From assembly GCF_035084215.1 (NCBI RefSeq), contig NC_090334.1:55366001-55430000 (forward strand): 64,000 bases of DNA, written 5' to 3'. A program made the position numbers and the translations under genes. The DNA is from Heptranchias perlo. Lineage: Eukaryota. The notes below the pieces were generated by a model that searched no databases, was not told where the DNA came from, and saw only the letters and a list, made by a program, of their open reading frames with translations. This document shows positions 38,173 through 49,274 of this stretch, piece after piece (position 1 is the first letter of the stretch; each line of letters begins with the position of its first letter).

Positions 38173-38944
38173 CTGTTAACAACAGAAAACATGTTATAGC
38201 ATATTACGAAATATCTGTTATTGGTTTACATTTACATAAAAAGTGTTGTCAGATTTTAGCATTTCCATTTTACCATACTGAGCTGTGCTGTACCAGGTAA
38301 TTATTCTTCCAGAAAATACAACAGACCCTCAATGGAACATTGCTGACAGGAGTATATTATTTGGGTCTCCCTTATTATTAGAAAACAAAGCTACAACCAA
38401 CCTTTGAGACATCCCTTGCTAGAATGTACTTTTGTGTAAGAATGTGCTTCTGTAAAAGATCAACAGCAGAATACTTCAACCATTTAACATCAAATACGTC
38501 CAAGCCACAAAAAATGTCAACCACATCTATTAACAAGAGACCAAATTCTCTGTACATTTACATGAAGACAATTAAAGTATAACTGACCTTTATATTCATA
38601 CTATTTAACAGAATTACTGGTTATCTGTTTAGTACACATTCTGCTTTAAGTGTACTTTAAGCACTACTGTAATATGGTAGGTATTTATTCAATGGAACAC
38701 GTATTGAAACAGAAGCTGAATTTAGCCCATGGCACAATAATATTTGAACAGTAATATTAAAAGTAAGCAGTTTATTTGCAACCACCGTGTTTTGAAACAG
38801 TCGTTCAGACATTTTCTCAAAAAAAGTGCACTGTAATAATGGTAATTAACAGCAGAGAAACACTTGGCATGTATTTTTTGAGTTGTATCTCTGTGCAATT
38901 TGGTGCAACAATAAGACACAGAAATATTTTTAGATTTTAAAATT

Positions 38945-39327
38945 CTCATCTTTGTTTTCAAATGCCTCCATGGCCTCGCACCTCCCTATCTCTGGAACCT
39001 CCTCCAGCCCGACAACCCTCCAAGATCTCTGCGCTCCTCCAATTCTGACCTCTTGCGCCTCCCCAATTTTCATCGCTCCACCATTGGCGGCTGTGCTTTT
39101 AGATGTCTAAGCGTTAAGCTCTTGAATTCCCTCCCTAAACCTCACTGTCTCTCGCTCCTCCTTTAAGACGCTCCTTAAAACCTACCTCTGACTAAGCTTT
39201 TGGTCACCTGTCCTAATATCTCATGTGGCTCAATGTAAAACTTTGTTTGAGAACGCTCCTGTGAAGCCCCTTGGGATGTTTTACCACATTAAAGGCACTA
39301 TATAAATGCAAGTTGTTGTTGTTGTTT
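38945..39327 (+). mobile_element. L2-type 3' end or L2-tailed SINE
   Basis: L2-like 3' sequence ending CTATATAAATGCAAG(TTG)n. Confidence 0.75.
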
Positions 39328-39909
39328 ACAATCCAAATACTATTCCCCCTGAATTTTCTCCATTCTTCTCTTGAAGGTGGTAATTCATGCTGTGGTATGG
39401 TTCAATAGTTGCAGAAAGCATTCCAGTAACTCACCTAAGTGGCCATTCTTCATAGACCATGAGTTTAAACAATCTATTTGACTGCAGGGTACATCACAGC
39501 CTATGCCCAATCTGGACCATTAATACAATAGTACTATAGCCAGGTAGGAATCATGAGCAAAGACTCTAGGTGATTTTTGCCTCCCTCGTCCAAGGACACT
39601 AAGACCAGGGTGTAGTGGAGAGCATACTTGGGTCTATTGAGCATTTCCACTTCTTTTTAGAGGTTTAGCTATTAACTAGGTTTAAACCTAGTGTGTTTTG
39701 CTTAGTCCTTAGTCCTAAACATAGCACATATAAAATGTTTAATCCGCATTCATATCTGATCTCCATTGTTATACATATGCATCATCCATATTTCATATAT
39801 AGACCACATTATCATGTGTTATGTTTAATTCTCATTCATATATATTCCAGATTTCCATGACATAAAACTTCCCCACCTCAAATAGAGGCTGGATAAGAAA
39901 TCGCAACCT

Positions 39910-41050
39910 ACTACTAAAAGACTTGCATTTATATAACGTCTTATCACATCTCTCAAGTGACCCAAAACGTTTCATATGCAATGAATTACAATGAAATGCA
40001 ATGCAATGAATTACTATGAAATGCAATGCAATGAATTACTATGAAATGCAATGCAATGAATTACTATGAAATGCAATGCAATGAATTACTATGAAATGCA
40101 ATGCAATGAATTACTATGAAATGCAATGCAATGAATTACTATGAAATGCAATGCAATGAATTACTATGAAATGCAATGCAATGAATTACTATGAAATGCA
40201 ATGCAATGAATTACTATGAAATGCAATGCAATGAATTACTATGAAATGCAATGCAATGAATTACTATGAAATGCAATGCAATGAATTACTATGAAATGCA
40301 ATGCAATGAATTACTATGAAATGCAATGCAATGAATTACTATGAAATGCAATGCAATGAATTACTATGAAATGCAATGCAATGAATTACTATGAAATGCA
40401 ATGCAATGAATTACTATGAAATGCAATGCAATGAATTTCTATGAAATGCAATGCAATGAATTTCTATGAAATGCAATGCAATGAATTTCTATGAAATGCA
40501 ATGCAATGAATTACTATGAAATGCAATGCAATGAATTACTATGAAATGCAATGCAATGAATTACTATGAAATGCAATGCAATGAATTACTATGCAATGCA
40601 ATGAATTACTATGAAATGCAATGCAATGAATTACTATGAAATGCAATGCAATGAATTACTATGAAATGCAATGGAATGAATTACTATGAAATGCAATGCA
40701 ATGAATTACTATGAAATGCAATGCAATGAATTACTATGAAATGCAATGCAATGAATTACTATGAAATGCAATGCAATGAATTACTATGAAATGCAATGTT
40801 ACGTAGCCATTTTTCACCCAGCAAAATTCCACAAACTACATAAATGCACGACCAACTACACAGCTTTTTGGTGGTGTTAGTTGAGGGAGGGAGGGAGGTC
40901 GGCGAGGATGTGGAGTAAAATTCCTACTCTTCAAATAGTGCCACAACATCTTTAATATCCAACTGAACCGGATCAGGAAGATGGGATCTTAGTTTAATAT
41001 CTCATCTGAAGGATGCCATTTCCAACACGTAAACACTTCCTAATACATGG
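39910..41050 (-). mobile_element. Diverged DeuSINE (SacSINE1-like) copy interrupted by a 25-bp satellite
   Basis: The flanks align by eye with the SINE at 47380-47762 (TTGGTTGAGGG, CTTCAAATAGTG, GTTTAA..TC). Confidence 0.65.
39977..40798. repeat. 25-bp tandem repeat, ~33 copies
   Basis: Near-perfect (ATGAAATGCAATGCAATGAATTACT)n in LRR1 intron 2. Confidence 0.98.
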
Positions 41051-41723
41051 ATAATTATTATTTGTGGCCCGTTAATTGATCTATCTCCACTTATTACTCA
41101 AACCTGGCATCCAGTTAATGATTTTGGTATATCTCATCCATGACCATATTGGCCCTTCTTGGAGGGCGGGGTTCTCATTTAAAATATTTTCAGATGAAAC
41201 TACATAGAATTGCTCACTTTTAATTTGGTTGAACCCAATTAATAATGACAGCACATAATAATTAAGATGAAGCATAAAGAGAAATGACAACAAAACAACA
41301 CTCCTTGTCCCTGACATGGGAAATGTTATGAATCTTAATTGGATCCCACAAGGGAAGAGGTAGCCTAAGAAATATATCAGATCCTGAAACCTAAAGCCAG
41401 AAGTTGGCAAATTATACGAGGTTCAAGACCATTAGCCATCTTCTAATGAGGATCTTAAAACTGTAGCAGTTACTGTAATTAAGGTTTTTTTATACTGTAT
41501 TATATTATCTATAATTCATTGAGACCAAAGCTTAGAAATTACTGTTGGTGATATTAGCAGACAAATGCTTATCACATTAATGTTACATTCCACTGTCTGC
41601 TATTTTAATAGAGGTGTTAACCCATTTAACATTGCACTGGTTTTATCTGTCAATGTGCACTGGAAAGAGAGTTTATATTTGTGAGAACTCTAGTGTCAGC
41701 TGGGCTTAGCTGGTAGTGCTCTT

Positions 41724-44376
41724 ACGAATATACGAATTAAGAGCAGGGGTAGGCCATTCGGCCCCTCGAACCTGCTCTGCCATTTGATTAAGATCATGGC
41801 TGATCTGATTGCGACCTCAACACTACTTTCCCGTCTACCTACTATAATCTTTGAGTCTCCTGTTAATCAGGAATCTATCTAACTCAGCCTTAAAAATATT
41901 CAATGACCCTGCCTCCACCGCTCTCTGGGGAAGGGAGTTCCACAAACTCACAACCCTCAGAAAAAAATTCTCCTCATCTTCGTCTTAAATAGGAGACCTC
42001 TTATTTTTAAACTGTGGCCCCTAGTTCTAGTCTCTCCCACAAGGGGAAACACCCTTTAATCGTCTACCCCTTCAAGTCCCCTCAGGATCTTATATGTTTC
42101 AGCAAGATCACCTCTCATTCTTCTAAACTCCAATGTATTCACTCCCAACTTGTCCAACCTTTCCTCATAAGATAACCCCCTCATTCCAGGAATCAGTCGA
42201 GTGAACCTTCTCTGAACCGCCTCTAAAGCAATTATGTCCTTTCTAAAATAAGAGACCAAAACTACACAGTATTCTAGATGTGGTCTCACCAATGCCCTGT
42301 ACAACTGTAGCAAAACATCTCTACTTTTATATTCCATTCCCCTTGCAATAAATGACAACATTCCATTTGCCTTCCTAATCACTTGCTGTACCTGCATACT
42401 AACTTTTTTTGTGATTCATGTACTAGGACACCCAGATCTCCCTGTACCTCAGAGCTCTGCAATCTCTCTCCACTTAAATAATATACTGCTTTTCTATTCC
42501 TCCTGCCAAAGTAGACAAGTTCACATTTTCCCACATTATACTCCATCGGCCAAATTTTTGGCCACTCATTTAACCTATCTATATCCCTTTGCAGATTCCT
42601 TAATTTCCCACCTATCTATGTCATCAGCAAATTTAGCAACCATACATTCGGTCCCTTCATCCAAGTCATTGATACAGATTGTAAATAATTGAGGCCCAAG
42701 CACTGATCCCTGTGGAACTCCACTCGTTACATCTTGCCAACCTGAAAATGACCCATTTATGCCTACTCTCTGTTTCCTGTTAGCTAACCAATCCTTTATC
42801 CATGCTAATATATTACCCCCTACACCATGAGCTCTTATTTTGTGTAGTAGCCTTTGATGTGGCACCTTCTGGAAATCCAAGTACACCACATCCACAGGAT
42901 CCCCTTTATCCACGTTGCTTGTTACTTCCTCTAGAATAGCCTGCTCTCTGGTTGGCTCTAGAACGTGCTGCTCTAAGAAACTATCCCGAAAGCACTCTAT
43001 GAATTCATCTTCCAGGCTACCTTTGCCAATCAGATTCTTCCAATCTATATGCAGATTTCTCACAAGCCCCCATTATTTCTTCCTGTATATCCTATCCTAC
43101 AGTGTGATTATTGTTGGGGGCCTATAAACTACTGCCACAAGTGACTTCTTGCCTTTACTATTTCTTATCTCTACCCAAACTGATTCTACATCTTGGTCTT
43201 TAGAACAAAGGTCATTTCTCTCTATTATACTCATGTCATTTTTAATTAACAGAGCTACCCCTCCACCTTTTCCTAGCTTCCTGTCCTTCCGAAATGTCAA
43301 GTACCCGTGAATATTTAGGTTCCAGCCTTTGTCATCTTGCAGCCATGTCTCTGTAATGGCTATCAGATCGTACGTATTTATTTCTATTTGAGCTGTCAAT
43401 TCATCCATTTTGTTATGAATGCTACGCACATTCAGATACAAAGCCTTTAGTGCTGTCTTTCTGCTATTTTTGCAACCTCTAGCCTTATCTGCTAGCGCAC
43501 TCTTAAGTTTGCATGCTCTGTTCCTTCCTGCCGCTCTCTGATTATCATTTCCCTTATTGCTACCTTGCTCTCTTGCCTTGTCGTCTTTCTTTAACTTATC
43601 ACATCTTCCCTTACTTGATCCCTCGCCCCCATTATTTAGTTTAAAGCCTTCTCTACCACCCTAGTTATATGATGCACCAGAACACTGGCCCCAGCACGGT
43701 TCAGATGAAGCCGTCCTAACAGTACAGCACCCACTTTTCCCAGTACTGGTGCCAGTGCCCCATGAATCAAAACCCATTTCCCCCACACCAATCTTTAAGC
43801 CACGAATTTAACTCTCTAATCTTATTTACCCTATGCCAATTTGCTCGTGGCTCAGGTAATTATCCAGAGATTATTACCTTGGAGGTTCTGCTTTTTAAAT
43901 TTAGCCCCTAGCTGCTCATACTCTCTAAGCATACTCGTCCTGCCTATGTCGTTGGTACCTACGTGGACCACGACAACTGGATCCTCCCCCTCCCACTGCA
44001 AGTTCCTCTCCAGCCCAGAGCAGATGTCCCAAACCCTGGCACCGGGCAGGCAACACAGCCTTCTGGACTCTCGTTCGCGGCTGCAGAGAACTGTGTCTAT
44101 TCCCGACTATACTGTCCCCTACTACCACTACATTCCAACTAACTCGCCCCGCTTGAATAGCTTCCTGTACCATGGTGCCATGGTCAGTTTGCTCATCCAC
44201 CCTGCAGCCCCCTGCTTTCGTCCATACAGGCTGCAAGCACATCAAACCTGTTGGACAATTGCAAAGGTTGAGGCGCCTCCACTTCTACCTTCTCGATCCC
44301 CTTACCTGCCTTGCTCGCAGTCATACCCTCCTGTCCCTGACCACTAACCAATTTAGACGACCTTATCCTAAGGGGT
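41724..44376 (-). mobile_element. CR1 LINE with ORF1 (esterase-like), endonuclease and RT remnants and internal deletions
   Basis: Peptides VVVGDSIV (ORF1), AITETWL and GGGVALLIK (endonuclease), and [10 protein letters not shown] and KFADD (RT). Confidence 0.93.
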
Positions 44377-44379
44377 TAG

Positions 44380-44770
44380 GAGTCAGGAAGTTCTGGGTTC
44401 AAACCCTACTCCAGGCATTAAACAGGTAATTTATGCTGCCATTCCAATGGGATACTGAGGGAGCACTACATTGTTGGAGTGCTATCCTTTGAGGAAATAT
44501 TAAACCAAAATCCCGTCTGCCTGTTGTGGAAGTTCAGATGGACATTAAAAAAACACAAGGCACTAATTGGGGGCTCTTCAGGTGTCGTAGCTAACATTCT
44601 CCCTCAATCAAGGCGACAAAAAACAGCCACCTGGTTTTTAATCTAACTGCTGTTTGTGGTTTCCTGCTATGTGTAAAATAGATGCTGTGTTTGCCTACAT
44701 AAGCAGTCACTACACTACAAATTGTGTGAAGTACTGAGAGATGTTATAAGGTCCTATATAAATGCAACGA
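44380..44770 (+). mobile_element. DeuSINE-like SINE body (its head is displaced to 41695-41724)
   Basis: B-box-like GGTTCAAACCC, central CCGTCTGCC domain and CTATATAAATGCAA tail. Confidence 0.7.
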
Positions 44771-46329
44771 TTTATTTCTCTCGAGCATGAAGTCATCAAT
44801 AAGCCTGAAATGCTCATGAGGTCGCAACATTTGTATCCTCATTTCAGGCTCATTTGGCAGCATGAAACTGAATTTATATAATCTGCATTAGTGCTATGTA
44901 GCCCACTTTAGTCACACCACATTTTTTGGCAGGTATTGCTCTAGCACTGACCTCAAAAGTGTAATCTAACTGGATACAAAACGAACCTTTAAACTACAGA
45001 AATGGTTGCACTAGCTGTTTGTAATTATCCTTTTGAACAAGTTTTTATAGGTCAAATAAAAATAGGTCAAACATTATTGAACTTCAACCACGCAAGAAGT
45101 GCATTTTCAATCAACTGTAGACTATGATACAATTGGACTTCTGTAACGACAAGTCTCGGGACAAATCTCTGGTTCCTTCCACTTTCAAATTATTTGCCTA
45201 GATTGAAAAGATATACAAAAGGCACAATAGATCCATTGTGCATTTAGACAATGCGAAATGTAGATTTGATTTTTTAAAAAAGCACATCAACATTTCATGC
45301 TAAAAAATTGACTCCCAAGGTTGGTTACTTAAACTACTTGACCAGGAAAATCCAGCTGAGATAAAATTGTCGTATTGAAATGTAAAATGATTTGGCCAAT
45401 GAGACAAACACAAAGCTTTGAATGCAAACTGCAGGTGTGCATTAACAAGATCCATAAGGAAGAGGATCGGGAAACAGAATATCAGACAGTAATTATTTTC
45501 TCTGCTGAAAGAACTGCTCATAAATAATTGATTTGATCAACTATTTTATAGGAAACTAACTAAATTCACTACAGAAGAAAATCTAAGCTAAAGATACCCA
45601 ATGACGACTCAATAGAATTTAGGTTGACATTAAAATGTTAAATAAACAACACATCCAGACAATGCATCATTTAAATCGTGGCAAATGTGAAAGGTATTTA
45701 GGCATGTTGCATTTACTGCCAATTACAAAGAAGTCTAGGCTTCATGCCAATATCAAGTAGGTATCAAATGAAAAGCAAGGAGCATGCGTGACCAAAGGAG
45801 GTTAATTTCCAAAGATAAATGCCATATATGCTGTGAAGTAGCCACGAATACACACACTCATAAAATTCCCATTTACTTTTATGGGTATACCAATTTCACT
45901 CCCTATATTACTGATTTTAAGCGCATATCCTAGATTGAAAATAGTCCATTCAAAGAAGGGAATCCTAAATGTAAATTTAACTGTATTACAGCTATAGCCT
46001 TCCAAAGCCACCCAGAATTCAGGGGCAAATCAATGACTTTACACCAACGTTTTTCTAAATTGCAGACCTACCATACTAATATAGCAGAAAGCTGAATATC
46101 CATGGTAATAATAAATATCACTTCTTGTGGGAATGTGTCTAGTCTATACCCTCATCATCTCCTGTTGAACATTTTCCATTGTTTGTTCACGGTCTTATTT
46201 GCCAATTTTTCTTTCCAGTTTATCCGGGTAAGTTCCCTTTTTAGCTCAATGAAATGGGCTTTTTCCCATTCAAGTACCTTTACCGTTAATTGTTACCCTC
46301 ATTTTTCATTATTATATCAAACCTAATTA

Positions 46330-47010
46330 TGTCATATTCACTGTTTCCTAGATATTCCCCTACTCTTGCCTACTTACCCTAGTTCATTTCCTAGAACTAG
46401 ATCTAGCACGGCCTCTCTCCTGGTTGGACTAAAACAGACTGACCCAGAAAGCAGTCCTGGACACGGAGAAGAAACCGCTCCCCTTCTTCGTGAGGTACAT
46501 TACTCTTACCCGAGTCTATCTTTGAATACTTAAAATCACTGATTATTGTGGCCCTGTTAAATCCTGCATTTTCACACTAGATAATTTTGTCAACTACTAG
46601 ATTAATAGTCTTATGATCTATCAACGGAGGTATCTATAAATATTTGTCTACATACATCTTCCTCAATTTCCTTTCCACTGTTTGTTGGGAGTGCATTATA
46701 GACCACCAAAGTAACAATTTCCTTCCTATCCCTTAAGAACCCAAAAATAGTCAGCTTTTGCACCATCCCCTATAACATCCCTGTGTTCTAGTTCTGTAAT
46801 ATAATCTTTGATTAACACTGCCACCCTTCCTCCTTCTTTCTACTCTAGCCCTCCTGAATATTTTGTAACCAGGAATGCTAACTTCCCAGTCCTAGAATAG
46901 CCTAAATCCACATAAATCTCTTAATGCTACTATATCATACCCCACCATTGTAATTCATGCCTCTAGCTCACCAATTTTATTCACAACACTTTGTTCATTT
47001 TTGTACATAC
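46330..47010 (-). mobile_element. Old CR1 endonuclease-region fragment
   Basis: Degenerate similarity to the endonuclease segments at 43097-43441 and 62170-62800. Confidence 0.5.
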
Positions 47011-47379
47011 AACTCGAGCCTCCCTCTATAAGAAACAATTCTTATTCAAATAGCTATAAGACTACAAACAAAAACAGTTCTGGCAGTGTGACTGATTAAA
47101 CTCATGTAATACCTTTTTTATACTTCAGTGGAGTCAAACCCTGGCAAGTTAATTGCTGTGAAACAGACATCAAAATAAAGGATTGTGCTCGTTTACATTG
47201 CCCTCAGTCAAAATCTGAATCCATACCTTGCACTTTCCAACCTTTAAACTTTTAGTAATGTTGTTAAGCAAACTTGCTATGATGTAAAATTAAATTTTTA
47301 AACCTAAATTTTCTGGAATCACAAAAGAGGATTAAAAAATAACTCAAAACCTTCGACCTGTAAAGTGCAAAGTATTTTT

Positions 47380-47705
47380 ACAGCCAAGGAAGTACTTTCG
47401 AAGTGTAGTCAATGTTGCAATGTGGGGAAACACAGCAGCCGATTTGCGAACAGCAAGGTCCCACAAACAGCAATGAGATAATGAACAGATAATCTGTTTT
47501 AGTGATGTTGGTTGAGGGATTAAAATTGGCCAGGATGTGGGGAGAACTCCCCTGCTCTTCTTCAAATAGTGTTATGGGATCTTTTCATTCCACCTGAGAC
47601 AGCAGACAGATCCTTGGTTTAACATCACACGAATGACAGCACCTCTGATCAGTGCAATACTGAGAGAGTGTCAACCTAGATTATGTGCTCAAGTCTCTGG
47701 AATGG

Positions 47706-47748
<43 letters not shown>

Positions 47749-47762
47749 TACTGGGCCATGGC
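47380..47762 (-). mobile_element. tRNA-derived DeuSINE (SacSINE1-like)
   Basis: A box TGGCCCAGTAG and B box GGTTCAAATCC; central CTCAGGTGG...AAAAGATCCC...CTATTTGAAGAAGAGCAGGGGAGTTCTCCCC resembles the Deu domain. Confidence 0.8.
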
Positions 47763-48654
47763 ATTTATATAGCACTTTCATGTAACAAAACATGCCAATG
47801 CACTTTACAAGGCAGTAGAGGGCACCAAGCAGAAAATAGAAGGCACAGGAAGTTTTTGAATGTAGGAGAGAAGTAGCGAGGCGATTCCAGAGTCAGAGGC
47901 ACACTGTCTGAAGACTCCACCACTGACTGCAGCACAGAAAGTGAGTGACATGCAGGAAATCAAAGCTGGAAGAGCAAAGTGCATGAGTGGGACGTAAAAC
48001 TGGAGAAGATTACGGAGGTAAGTTGGAGCAAGTTCATGGAGGCATCTGAAGACTAGGGTGAAGATCTTATAATCGATACACTAGGGGACAGGGAGTCAAG
48101 GAATTCAGCAAGAACAGGGGTGATGTGTGTGGGACTTTGTGCGGGATAGGAAACAGAATTTTAGATCAGTTGAAATATGTGTAAAGGTGGAAATGAGGAG
48201 GCAGCTGATAAGAATGTTGGAGAAATTGGACCTTAAGTGACGGTATGGATAAGATTTTCATCAGCAGTGGGGGTGAGGTAGGGGCATTAGCAGTTGGTAG
48301 CGAGTGTGGGCTTTCAACCTAAGCTCAGGATGGAGTATACATATCTGTGGGTTCAGTCTGAGAAAGCAGCTGGGGAGGGAGATGGAATCAGTGCCTAAGG
48401 GTGCCAAGTTTCTTCTGGAAGTCAAACATGACGACTTCAGTCTTACCGATTTGAGCTGGAGATGTTTACTATTTTAATCGCAGCACCAAACTTGTAAAAA
48501 TGTATATAATTGCTTCTTGATTCTTCAGAATTTACTATTGTTACTAACTAGACATCAATGGGTCATCTCTATTTCTAAACGGGCACATCACGCCAACTTA
48601 GCAGCAGGTTTGAATTAAAACTTTATATAACATAAAAAAAGATCCAGCTTGTAC

Positions 48655-48753
48655 CTTACTTAGACAAACATCCACTGCTGGTTCTTTCAGTCTGATGGTA
48701 GCTTTTCCTTCTTCCACAAATTTGGTGAAAAACTGCTCTATATTTTCTTTCAG
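48655..48753 (-). CDS. LRR1: LRR1 exon 2
   Basis: TTGCAG|...AAG|GTACAA, 99 nt; encodes LKENIEQFFTKFVEEGKATIRLKEPAVDVCLSK. Confidence 0.95.
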
Positions 48754-48841
48754 CTGCAATGAGATTTTTGTGAAAATATATTCTTAGCCAGATGCTTTCC
48801 AAAGTGCACTTGATTAACTTATTACATATTGTATAACTCAC

Positions 48842-49036
48842 CTTGTATTTACAGCCTGCCTTGTCTTTTAAGGTACAGATCAAGAGATGAATGGTTACAG
48901 AGTTGGAGTTGGTTTTGGTGCTCCGATCGTGGTGTTTCCCTATTGACAGAACAGCTCGGTTCCCTTTCCCTCTATTCCTCATACCGAAGGTCGGGAGCAT
49001 CCGATTGATGACTTCCACCTCGCACTGGAGTTTCAT
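48842..49036 (-). CDS. LRR1: LRR1 exon 1 coding part
   Basis: Encodes MKLQCEVEVINRMLPTFGMRNRGKGNRAVLSIG...LICTLKDKAGCKYK; AAG|GTGAGT donor. Confidence 0.94.
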
Positions 49037-49079
49037 AGTATCTGTAACGAAATGATCACCCACTGAAAGCATCATTCTG

Positions 49080-49270
49080 GACAATCCGATCGCAGCATTC
49101 CCACCGACAGCGGCCACATAAACACGTTACCAGTATGGGTGCACGGTGTGCTTTCGTTCCTGATTGGCTGCTTCCACGGCTCACACAGCCATTGATAGGA
49201 GCCGCTGACCGTGTCACACAATAGACAACACCCCCCGTCCCACCCGGCAAATAAATCATTGGTCAGATAC
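49080..49270 (-). promoter_or_regulatory. LRR1 proximal promoter candidate
   Basis: CpG-enriched; consensus NF-Y site CAGCCAATCAG on the minus strand at ~49160-49170. Confidence 0.6.
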
Positions 49271-49274
49271 AGAA

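Noticed and set aside
39675-39692. 18-bp perfect palindrome ACTAGGTTTAAACCTAGT
   Set aside because: Isolated, with no larger structure or context to support a function.
39977-40798. CRISPR-like array (also considered for 49275-51300 and 4430-5482)
   Set aside because: Units are contiguous or separated only by homopolymer; there are no unique spacers and no cas genes, and the context is vertebrate.
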